Below, one piece after another: positions 1 to 11,500 of a stretch of 64,000 nucleotides of DNA. The notes under the pieces were generated by a model, which did not search any database, was not told the origin of the DNA, and saw only the letters and a list, made by a program, of their open reading frames with translations. Source of the DNA: a virus; the IMG/VR virus record IMGVR_UViG_3300032182_000187, positions 8,497 to 72,496 of that record, one strand, 5' to 3'. The position numbers and the translations under genes were made by a program. The stretch's first letter is position 1, and every line of letters begins with the position of its first letter.

Positions 1-188
1 TCATCATTCAACTTCTCGTCAGGAGAAATCCAGTCACCTTTACTAAGATGCCAATGAGTCGTGACATCTGCATGAGGACAAGTGACCCATTTAATAGTTG
101 TATCTGGACCATCATATACTTCAAATTCCTGTCCAGGATCTACAACCTCGTTGATGATACCTCTAAAGTCAAGTAAAACTCTTTTCAT
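1..188 (-). CDS. Hypothetical tail-associated protein, 3' end runs off the window (not in ORF track)
   Basis: ATG at 188 opens MKRVLLDFRGIINEVVDPGQEFEVYDGPDTTIKWVTCP..., open to base 1; late-promoter-like GATAAATA at 212-219 upstream. Confidence 0.75.
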   Translation of the reverse strand, partial: MKRVLLDFRGIINEVVDPGQEFEVYDGPDTTIKWVTCPHADVTTHWHLSKGDWISPDEKLND

Positions 189-217
189 GATAGTAAACGT
201 TATTCCTGTATTATTTA

Positions 218-979
218 TCAGATGTATTCATAGATGACCACGATGCCATCTTTACCAGTTGATCCATGCCCATTTCTTCTATAACCACCAGCACCTCCTG
301 CGCCAGGAGCAGCATTATCTTTGTAGTTATACGCAAAGTTACCGCCATTTGGATGACCACAAGGACCACCACCGCCGAAGAAACTTGCTCCAGCATTACC
401 CACACCATAATAGATGTGTCCTGATCCCCCGCCACCAATAATATTTAGGTCTCCGCCAGAACCAGAACCTCCAATACCGCCACAATGTCTATCGGTTTGA
501 TTTCCGCCATTTCCTCCTGTAGCAGACAAAAGACTACCAAATGAAGTAGTTCCTCCTGCACCTGCAGCAGCAGAATATGTAGCATAATCAACGCTACCAA
601 GTCCAATAGTAACGCTAACAGAAGATCCAACTTGTGCTGGTGTCAATAGTCTTTCCGCATATCCACCAGCACCACCAGATTCTGAATATCCAGATCCAGC
701 ACCACCACCACCAGTGAGCATGACAAAGATCCTTGTTACATCTGATGGAATATTATATGTTCCACTTTCGTTAAAAACAACAATATTGTCTGGACCTGCA
801 ACGTTATATGAAACAGCACTGCCATCTGTATACAATGCCTTACTAGGATTTAATGCAGGGTCTGGTGGCATAGTGTCTTCATTAATAGTCATACCAGCCA
901 CTGATAGACTATAACCATCTGGAATATGAATTACCCCAGTTTGAGACGATACAATTTCGTTTACTTTAATTGTTGACAT
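218..979 (-). CDS. Glycine-rich fibre/adhesin-like virion protein, paralogue 3
   Basis: 253 aa; N-terminal MSTIKVNEI motif; GGGG/GAGG blocks and FGSxLSATGG motif; collinear with the two upstream paralogues. Confidence 0.8.
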   Translation of the reverse strand: MSTIKVNEIVSSQTGVIHIPDGYSLSVAGMTINEDTMPPDPALNPSKALYTDGSAVSYNVAGPDNIVVFNESGTYNIPSDVTRIFVMLTGGGGAGSGYSESGGAGGYAERLLTPAQVGSSVSVTIGLGSVDYATYSAAAGAGGTTSFGSLLSATGGNGGNQTDRHCGGIGGSGSGGDLNIIGGGGSGHIYYGVGNAGASFFGGGGPCGHPNGGNFAYNYKDNAAPGAGGAGGYRRNGHGSTGKDGIVVIYEYI

Positions 980-980
980 T

Positions 981-1739
981 TTATTTAAATTCGTATACTA
1001 CAACGAGACCACCTTTACCATATCCACCCTGGATTGAAGTGTGATAACCAGGAGATCCACCAGCACCAAATGCAGCACTAGCAGTATTATCTAGGGCATA
1101 ATCACCTGCGTTTGGATATCCAGTAGGACCAGATCCTCCAAAAAAAGAATTGCCGCCTGTAGGACCAGCATAATACTGGTGACCTGCCCCACCACCACCA
1201 TATAGATTCATATCACCACCAGAACCTACACCACCTACACCACCACAGTGTCTATGATCTTGATTGCCTCCTTGACCACCAGTAGCAGAAAGATAACTTC
1301 CGAAAGAAGTAGTTCCTCCGTTAGATGCAGCATCCGAGTATTGTGTAGAATCTGTATTCCCGTTTCCGATTGTTACGGTTACTGAAGATATTCCAGTAAT
1401 ATCAATAAGTCTTTCTGCATATCCACCAGCACCTCCGCCCTCACCAACTCCAGACGCAGATCCTCCGCCACCAACAAGACGAACTAAAATTTTATTTACG
1501 CCTGAATCTGGGGTGTATGTGCCACTACTAGTAAAAGTTACCATTCTGTGTGGACCTACTGCGGTCCACGAAGCAACTCCACCAACACATTTCAAAAATT
1601 TTCCTGCCTGTCCAGAAGTCGATGGGGGCATTGCTGTGCCATCTAAAATCTTTCCATCCAGACTCAAGTTATGACTAGATGGAATTTCGATTGTGGTTCC
1701 AGAAGAAGATTTAATTTCGTTAATTCTTAAAATTGACAT
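981..1739 (-). CDS. Glycine-rich fibre/adhesin-like virion protein, paralogue 2
   Basis: 252 aa; same architecture (TFTSSGTYTP...VRLVGGGG...GLVVVYEF). Confidence 0.8.
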   Translation of the reverse strand: MSILRINEIKSSSGTTIEIPSSHNLSLDGKILDGTAMPPSTSGQAGKFLKCVGGVASWTAVGPHRMVTFTSSGTYTPDSGVNKILVRLVGGGGSASGVGEGGGAGGYAERLIDITGISSVTVTIGNGNTDSTQYSDAASNGGTTSFGSYLSATGGQGGNQDHRHCGGVGGVGSGGDMNLYGGGGAGHQYYAGPTGGNSFFGGSGPTGYPNAGDYALDNTASAAFGAGGSPGYHTSIQGGYGKGGLVVVYEFK

Positions 1740-2498
1740 TTACATATACTCCATGATTACAACAATACCATTTGATCCTTTTGCTCCACCGTGGGATCTT
1801 GCCCATCCACTAGCACCACCGCATCCAGGAGCAGCATTTTCTTCATTATTAATAGGATATCTTCCTCCATTTGGGTGTCCACCTGGACCACCACCTCCGA
1901 AATAACTTCCACCCCCTTTACTATTATATCGACCGTGACCTGCACCGCCGCCTCCATAGATAGAAAGCATTCCACCAGATCCTACTCCACCTGGACCTCC
2001 AGAGTGTCTAGCAGCTTGATTAGCACCACTTCCTCCACCAGCAGTCATAAAAGAACCGAAAGAAGTGGTTCCTCCAGTTCCAGCTGCTCCTGCATAAGTA
2101 GTACCACTACCTCCAGTACCTACAGTAACTGCGACTGTATTAATATTATTATCTTCTAGGTTAATAAAACCTTCACAGTATCCAGCAGCACCACCAGTTT
2201 CTGAATAACTAGTTCCACCACCGCCACCACCAACAAGTCTAACATAAACAATTTTGGTTCCTGCACTAGGAACGTATTGTCCACTTTGAGTAAAAACAAT
2301 AATATTACCAGCACCATAATCAGAATAAACGAAACCAGTTCCATCTGAATAAACTAGTTTACCATCTTGACCAGAAGTTGACGGCAAAACTTTATTTTTA
2401 TCCAGAGCTCTTGAACCAATTTGCAACGAATGTCCTGCAGGAATCAGGACAGTCGTGCCAGTGGATGCTTGGATTTTGTTTACGAATAGTGTACTCAT
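1740..2498 (-). CDS. Glycine-rich fibre/adhesin-like virion protein, paralogue 1
   Basis: 252 aa; same architecture; its stop directly abuts the next start codon. Confidence 0.8.
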   Translation of the reverse strand: MSTLFVNKIQASTGTTVLIPAGHSLQIGSRALDKNKVLPSTSGQDGKLVYSDGTGFVYSDYGAGNIIVFTQSGQYVPSAGTKIVYVRLVGGGGGGTSYSETGGAAGYCEGFINLEDNNINTVAVTVGTGGSGTTYAGAAGTGGTTSFGSFMTAGGGSGANQAARHSGGPGGVGSGGMLSIYGGGGAGHGRYNSKGGGSYFGGGGPGGHPNGGRYPINNEENAAPGCGGASGWARSHGGAKGSNGIVVIMEYM

Positions 2499-2504
2499 AG
2501 TTCT

Positions 2505-5500
2505 TTACACAACAGACCAGGCAGAACCTGCCGAGATAGTAATTGTTACGTTATTATTTATAGTCAATGGTCCTGCACTTACAGCATTGGTGTTTGATGG
2601 AATAGTGACATCTTCTGAGATAATAGTTCTGTTAGTTTTAAAGATGCCATAACTATCAATATACTGACGATCTCCATTAACATAGAAGACTTCAGTATTT
2701 GCACCACTGGTAAAGGAAGCACCATTGATACCGAAACTTCCAGAAACCTGTAAACCGTAGTCTGGGTTGCCAGTAAATCCATTTGCAGTAGGATCTGCAT
2801 TGATCCAAACTTTAGATGCTCTAAAGATATCAAGTTCATTTTGTGCTTCAGTCCAACGTGAAGTAACGAACTCAGCGTTGTTCTGGAATAGTTGACCATT
2901 GAAGTTAACATCACCTTGAATGTTCAGTTGATAATTTCTTAGTGTGTTATCTTCAGGATCTGTTCCACTGAATGCAGTTGTATTGATTGCAACTCTTCTA
3001 GTGTTACCCTTGATTGCGATAGCAGGAGTTGTGCCCCAGTCAACGCCACCATTGGAATCAGAAGGTGTGATATCAAAGACATCATCTGCAAGTAACTGAT
3101 TACCAATTCTGAAGTTTCTGAATCCAGTGGATCCTTTAAATTCGATTGGAGCACCATTGTTGTTAGATGCATCATTAATAAGAAGTTTAGTGGAGGTATA
3201 AATATTGCCTGCCACATGTAGTTTATAATCCGTTGCGGTAGTTCCAGTCGTTCCTAAGAACAGGGTGCCAGTGCTATTGAGTTGCATTCTAACTGCACCC
3301 GCATTGGAACCAGATCCAGCAGAAGAGTTAACTGTAGGAACAGATGTTCCATCAAACGAAACTGTGAAATAACCAACATTACTATCGTCTGCACCAATTG
3401 CCCAGAACTGATCGTCGGTTCTGTCGCTAAATCCAATCTGTGGAGATCCAGCAGTATAACCCAACTGAATTCTTCCATGGTTTGAAGTCTGCTCTTCAAA
3501 GATTGCCCAGACATCGTTACCTTCAATAGATCCATCATTAGGAGTGATAATGTGCAAGAGAGACTGTGGATTGTTATGTCCAATACCAACACGTCTGTCC
3601 GTAGAATCAACATACAGAACGTCAGTTGCAACAGAAAGATCGGTAGCGATTGTGACATTGCTTAGGAAGTCTGCTCTACCAGAAATGCTCAGTGCCTGGG
3701 TAGTTGCTAATACACCAGTAATGGTCAAAGGACCAGACATAGTATCACCAGACTTCAGTACGTTCAGCGAAGCAGAACCTACCAGTTCAGCACCAGCATC
3801 TAGAGTGATAGTGCCAGCACCGAATCCACCGTTAGCATCACGAATAACACCTGTGTTTGCTACGCTTCCAGTATTGAAAGTAATGTTACCAGTGTTCCAG
3901 ACTGTGTTGCCGTTGATGGAGAAACCATCAGCGTTGACAACCTGTACGTCTAACGTACCGCTGGAGTCTGTGCTATTACCACCAGTTGCGATAATTGCAG
4001 TGTTATAGTTTGCTGCTGCTTGTTCAGAAGATCTGAAGTAGATACCTGGGGAAGAAGGAATGCCATCCTTTCTACCAAGTCTGAGGTTTGCAGTACCACC
4101 ATCACTCTCAAGTCTTGCAACTTGGAAAGTGCCTGTGGAGTCAAGGGTGAAATCTTGGAAAGCAACACGGTTGTTTGCTTCACCAATAGTCTCAGCACCA
4201 TCGAAAGTACCAGACTGTAGTACACCGTAGATGATTGTGAAATCGTTGAAGTTATCAGTTTCGTCGTTAGTTACGATCTGAGTAATCTGAATTTCACCAA
4301 CACTCTGTGCAAGGTTATTGTAGAGGTTAATTGGGTTGCCAGGTAAGAATGGCGAAGAAGTTAGAATTGCACCAGAGATGTAGATTCTATATCTTGCGTT
4401 ACCAGAGATCGAAAGGATATCTAAACTGTCCTGAATCGACTTAGGAGTGAAGAAGTCTGGCAGTCTATTGTCGGACAACTCACCGAAGTTCATGTTGTAT
4501 GCGTTCTGATACCAGATACCTTGACGGTTGTCCAGTTTGTCAGCATCAAGGTCAGTACCAGGACCATCGTTGAGTGAGGTCCAGACCTTACCCCAAGAAC
4601 CCCAGTCATCCAGAGTGGTTCCAGAACCACGGAGCCACATGTTGTCATTATCAGTAAATGCTAACTGTCTAGCACCACCACCAGTAGCATCAAATCCAGA
4701 ACCGAAGTTTCTGATAGTCATTACTAGGTGTCTTTGACCACCGTCGAGGAGACCATCAGCAGTGTTGTTTCTAGTATCAGCAATAATACCAGAAGAGAAC
4801 AGGTTAGGAGATGGAGAAGACGTTGGGTTAGTTACACCAGTAACGAGTCTGAGAGTGTTACCAGACTGACCCGAGATGCTGATGTTGTATGTACCAGACA
4901 TACGATCTGTTGGTACAGTACCTGCGTTTAAGTTAGAAGCATCTAGGTAGTAAGCACCCTGCACACCGTCTAGAAGGTCAGCATCAAGACCACTATCAGC
5001 ACCAGTCTTCAGTGTGATAGAACCGTTTCCAGATTCTCCAATCTCGAACTGAGACTTTCTAAATCTCGAAACACCGATTGTGCCATATTCATCAGCAGAA
5101 ATTGTCTGGTTAGTAGCACGAAGAACGTCAACCGAAACGTTAGCAAACTGCTTATTAACTGTACTAATCTTCGCCTGGAGAACGAGACCAACACCAGATC
5201 CAATCTCTGCAGGCAGAGAGGTGATGTTAAAGTCTGCATTGTAGTTAAGACCACCATCAGTTACGGTGAGTTCAGTAACCTCTCCACCAGAAACAATGAC
5301 GTTTGCTTTGAGTCCTGTACCAGTACCACCACTTAGAGTCTGGTCAAAGTATTGACCATCAGTGAAACTAGAACCACCCTCAGCAACAACAATGTTGTCT
5401 ACGAATGTACCTTGAGTGTAAGAAGACTCAAATGTAATTGGAGAAGCGCCACGCTCAAATTCAATAATAGTTCCTGCGGGAATTGTTGCAATCAGTGGGT

Positions 5501-8500
5501 TGGAGATAGATACAGTTGTCAAACCGCCAGAGGTAAGAACACCATCAATGTTAGTGTTTTCCTGAATACCAACGACATTTGCTACTACTTCGTGACCAAG
5601 TAGAGTGTCGGAATTGGTAGTAAAGATTAACTGCTGACCACCAATACTTGCATCACTGTATAGTCTAGCAAAGTATCTTGTCTCAGCACCCTTAATAGAC
5701 TGAACTGCCAGAGCATAAGACTGGTCACCACGTAAGAATGTGAAGGAGTTTGCAGCGTTGGAGTTAAGTGCCAAACGAGCAGTCTCAATAACACCCGAAG
5801 TAATGTCAGATGCTGCAATCTGGTTAGAGGATAGAGATACCCAGTTATTGCTATTGAAAGAAGAGGTGTTAACAACTCTTGTGACATTAACTACTGTTGG
5901 TGGAAGATCACTAGAGTTGATGGTGTCTGCCTCAGTTAACTTGAGTCTGTTTACAATGTCACCATAAAGTCTGTTTTCAATTAGAGCACTACCAGTTGCT
6001 TGTGTACCAGAACCAGATGGTGCAGAGAAGGTAACTGTTGGTTGTACAGTGTATCCCTTACCACCAATAAGACCATTAAACTCTTGGATTTCAACAACAA
6101 CGACCTGACCGTTAGCAATTTCTGCTGTAGCAGATGCTTGGATGTTGCCAGCAGTTGGTTGACCACCAGTAATTGTAATAACAGGTGGGGAAGTGTATCC
6201 AGAACCAGGATCTGTGATGATGATCTGGAATACAACACCAGTTCTGTATTCAGTTGCTTGAATCTGACCGTTAGACTGACTACCAGTAAAGATATCACCT
6301 AGGGTGAATGATAGGGTAGGATCAACGGGGAAGGATACAAACAGACTATCTAAGTCATTGTTAAGAATGAACGATGTCGATGTATCCTGTTGGATTGCGA
6401 TGTCACCTGCAAGTGCGCCTTCAATGGAGGTTCTTGCTGTAGCATCGGGAACAGTGAATACACTGAAAGGACGTAGAGCAGGGATCTGGTCAACAGAAAT
6501 CTTACCAGAGTCGGTAAGTTCGACCAGTGCTCTAGGAACAGCGTTTGTAGAATATGGTTTGTTGATGTAAGGACCAAGGTTATTTGTAATGTAGTCCTTA
6601 ACTGCTTTCTGAGTAGGTAGTTTGGAGTCAGTGGAGTTAGCGCCACCCAGTGTGTTGGATGCGTCGAAACCAGTAACAACAACGTCGCCACCCTTCAGTT
6701 TCAAGAATTCAACTTCCGAGATCGTAACCGTACCAGTGAAGGTGATGTTACCAGTTCTGTTCTCGATTCTTGCGAAAACACCAACCTTGAAGTCACCAAG
6801 TTCGTCAGTACCAGAGACGTATACACGACCATAGCGTTCAGAAACTTGCTCGTTTGCTTCAACTTTAACACCACCGTTTTCAGGCAAGGAGTTGTAGTTA
6901 GTACCAGAACCTGCGAATTCCCAAGTGTGGGAGGAGGAGTTAACGATAGAAGGTCTGTGTAGTCTGATTGTCTCACCATTCAGACTGGTTGTGGATACTG
7001 CTTGCTGGGTAGCAATATTCTTAAATTCAGCACCGCCACCAGAACCAGAGTCAATTGTAAGTTGAGCAGAGAAAGGAGGACCAACTGTTACAGCATCAAC
7101 TGCATCAATGAAGTATTCAATCTCAGCACTTACGTTTTCAAAACCATCAATCTTGACGATATAGTGCTCAAGAGGTTCTCTTCCAAGACCATCAACGGTA
7201 AAGATTGTTCTACCAGTTGGAGTAGCAGATACGTTCGTGATAGTACCAACGTCAAAGATGTATGCCTCTTCTCTAAATCCAATAGCACGTAGAGCGAAGA
7301 TACCGAAGTTGGTAGCAGAGTTAGTGATAGATGCATAACCACCAGACTCAGAAAGAACACCATCAGCACAGAAGATAACGAAGACCGAAACCAACTGAGT
7401 GTAACCATCGTTGATAACCTTATAACCAATACCACCGAAGGAAACAATCGTGAATGCCGCAGCAACCATCGACTTACCCTGGTTGGGGAAAGTTGCGGAA
7501 CCGTCAAGTTCTAGACCTGCGAAAGGACAGTTAGGTTGTTTGACTCTAGAACCGTCAATTAGAGCACCGCCACCACCTAGGAAGGAGATGATTGAAGAGT
7601 TCTGGGTATATGGAGATGCTTCAATGATTGGGAAATCATCGAAATCAGAACGTGGTGTAAGAACAGTTCCGTTAGCATCGTAGATAGTTACGTCTGGATA
7701 TGTGTAAAGATCAACCGTATCTAGAAGTGTGCCATAGTTCTTAACTGTACCACCAGGAGCAATATCTCCACGAAGAATATCGTTGAGCAGTGTGAAGGAG
7801 GTTGTAATGGCAGACTCAATACCTGCACAGTATGGAGTTCCTAGTTGATCAACTAGAATGCTGCTATCTGTGAACAGAGGAATTGGTGAATGAACTGGAG
7901 TATATACTGCACCCGCACCACCTAAGGTCGCCCAGTTCCTCATAGCGAGGATACAAAGATCTCTTACCTGCTCGAAAGCATAGATGGTTTCATCTCTCTG
8001 TGCTTCGGGAATACCAGTTAGAATAGTTCCAGAATAATATTCCTCAGCGTTCGTAACAATAGCGGCATTACCACCGAGAATAATATCTCTAATCAATGCA
8101 GTGATAATATAGTTAATATCTCTTCTGCATTTTCTTTGATTAATATCATTCAGAAGAAGGGATGGATACTGCGCTTCAGTCTTGCCTAGTGCTTCATCCG
8201 CAATGAAGTCTCTGTTTCTAGCAATCAGGTAACCTGCATCCAACTTAGTACCAGATGCGTCATTAGTTAGAACATCGACAAACAGATAGGACAGAACATT
8301 GATTGCTGACTTAACGTTTGCACAATGCTCGACTCCAGGTTGAGTTAGATCTTCTAGAATCGTTGGGTCGATGTACTTGGGTAGAGAAGTATACTGTGCG
8401 GTATAAACGGGATCCGTTGGAAGACCTGTGCCAGTTCTCCACTTACGCATTGCAAAGATTGCTAGTTCTCTAGCATACTCAATTGCACGTACAGTTTGAA

Positions 8501-11500
8501 TAATTTCGTTATCGATGTAGGTAGCAATTTGAGTGCCTTGAATGTACTTCTTAGCAGCGTCAATAACATTGTAGTTGCTTCCATACTCAAGGTCACGGAT
8601 GACAGCATTAAGGAAGTGTCTAATGTCTCTACGACACTTGTTGTCACTAACTGGAATATTGAAACTTGGATATGTCTTCTGTGTAACTACGTTATCAACA
8701 GTACACTCAAGAAGAATGTCAGCAAGTTGTACGATACTATCATTTGCTAGTCCTGGGATAGCACTATCAGTTGTGATAGTAGCAGCACCAGTTACAGTAT
8801 TGTCATAAACAAAGCTGGTGATATTATAAGTAGATCCACCAAATGTTACTGTTCCGCCACTTACGTAGTCATGAACAAATCTCGATGGTCCGAGGAATAG
8901 TTTGAATTCGTCGCCACCAACAGACAAAGCATTAGTTGCTGCTCTTACAAATGTGTGAGCAGACTGTGGTAAATGTTTGACTGCTTCTGCAGTAGCACTC
9001 ACAAATGTGTGAGTAGATTGTGGTTCAAACTTAATTGCTCCAGGTTGAGCACTTACGAAGGTGTGCGTAGAACCCGATGCAGTGCCTGCGTCACCGACGT
9101 TGATAGTAAATGTGCCAGTTTGCCTTCTAATAGCGTCTGTAGCGATGCTGACGAGGGTGTGAGCGCCTGTGTAATCAGAACCACCAATGTTGATTCTAAA
9201 TCCATCCTGAGTTACATTGTCAATCTCAAAGTAACGGTTGCTAGCATAGTCGTAGTTAGTTCTTGGGTAAGACTTGTTAACCGTATTGCCATCTAGAACA
9301 CAGGAATAGGTGAGGGCATTATCCTCGACCATAATGTAATCACCATCAGCAAATCCATGACTTGCTAAGGTGAACTGGATAGTTCCTGCAGCAGCGTCAT
9401 AAACTGCATCTGTAGGAGTGTGAGATGTGAAACCAACGTTAGTGATTTCAATGGACTTACCAGAGTAAGGATCTTGTCCTGCACGAGGATATGTGTGGAC
9501 TTGGGTATTGCCGTCTTGATCGCAAGTGAATGCGAAAGAATTGTCCTCAAGAACAACATGCTTACCAACTTGTAAACCATGCTGCCCTACAGTGACAGTC
9601 ATGTCACCAGTTGAGGCATTGTATGCAACGTCTGTTGGTTGGAAATATTTGTTAGCGGGAGAAGCACCAACATTAACTGTGATGGTGTTCTCGGAAATCG
9701 CTGTGATGGGGATAGAACGCTGTGAGAAGAGATCGTGTCCAGGTCTTGGATAGGTCTTGGCAGCGTCATTGCCATCCATGGTGCAGGTAAAGGTCAACGA
9801 GTTGTCATCGATGACAATACCTTCTCCTACATCTAGTTGGTGAGTTCCAATGGTAAGAACTAAGTTACCTGTTGCAGGATCATAAGTTGCATTAGTTGGA
9901 GTGTACAGTTGGTTAGGACCAGAAGCACCAACATTAAGTGTAAACGTATTAGTGGTTACTGATTCAATAGGAATTGCTTTGCCAGTAGCATAGTGATGAG
10001 ATTGTGGTGCAGTGTGCTCGGTATTGTTACCGTCCATTGCACAAGTGAAGACAATGCTGTCCTCTTCAATCTTTACACCATCACCAACAGATAACCCGTG
10101 GTTTGCAACAGTGAATGTAGAAAGACCAGTCGCAGGATCATAAGTTACATCAGTAGGAGTGAACTGCTGTGTTGGTGTACCATCTACATCATATACAGCA
10201 AAGTATTCTTTCTTAAATTCATCATTGACTCTACCAACAACTTCATCTGCAATAAAGTCGATATTGTTTCTAATTTGTAGAGAAGCATCTTGGAATCTTC
10301 TTGCTACAGGTGTCGCCATATCAAATTTGTTTGGCGAGTTCAGCAAGGAAAGAGTTACGCCCTTAGATGCCGAAGAAACCTTCGCTAGGTTGCCAGGTTC
10401 AAAATTGGAGTCTGTGATGACCGAAGTCTTTTTGGGAATAACAAAACGTCTCGAACGACCGTCAGCATCTTCGAGAACTTTGTAAATTCTCTGCTTACCA
10501 TTCAAGAATGATAAGTCAGGACCAGAAGTAGGCAGACCTTCAATTAGAATTTCTTGACCTTCTTTTAGTTCGTGGACGTTCTGTCTACCAATCAGTGCGT
10601 TGGTGTAGAAGACGATACCACCAAGATCCTCTGGACCAGCGCCGTCCCATCCATATTGGAATCCACCAGTAGCAACTTCGTCTGTGCCCTGTAGAGAGAA
10701 GTCAATTCTGGAAATAGGATACTCTACTTCTCCTGGTTCATTGGTGAATACAACTTCACCCTCTGCTCTAATGGACTGAATGTCAGTAGAAACGAACTCA
10801 TATTCTGCATCCAGATAATCCAGTGCGTTTGCTCTTGCAGATACAAATGTATGTGGATAGTTGCCACCAGAGATAACAGCGTTTGCTAGAGCACTATCAA
10901 ATGCATGTTCATACTGATCGTCAGGTCCAGATGCACCTACGTTAATTGTAATTGTTGTAGAAGTTACTTCTAGAATTTCTACCGCAGTGTCGTATGCTGG
11001 GTCAGTTGTTCTTGGATAGAAGTGGACACTGGAATAACCATCTTGAGAGCAGGTAAAACCAAGAGACTCTGTTCTTAACTTAATAGAAGTTCCTACAGTT
11101 AGCGTATGAGTGCCAATTGTTAGAACAGCAACACCAGATGCAGGGTCATAGGTAGCATAAGATACCTGATGATTGACAAGTTGAGAGTCGCCAACATCAA
11201 GTTCAAATGTATTAGTTGTTGCTGCAGAAATAGTTAGGAACTGGTTTGCAATTGGGTCGGAAGATCTTGGATAGTATTTGACATTGGTGTTTCCATCCAT
11301 GTCACATGTGAATCCAAGAGATTCGATGTTAATACGAATTTTATCACCATTAGCAAATCCATGGTTGGGAACCGTAAACTCGGAGATACCAGTTTGTGGA
11401 TCGTAGGTTACGTTTGTTGGTGTATATGGAGTGGTAATGAAGTATTCAAATGTTTCACCAGAGATGAATGAACCACTGAGAATTTCAATGTTAGCAGTAC

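Noticed and set aside
218-2498. Diversity-generating retroelement template/variable repeats among the paralogues
   Set aside because: Divergence is general rather than adenine-specific, no near-identical repeat pair was seen, and there is no reverse transcriptase in the window.
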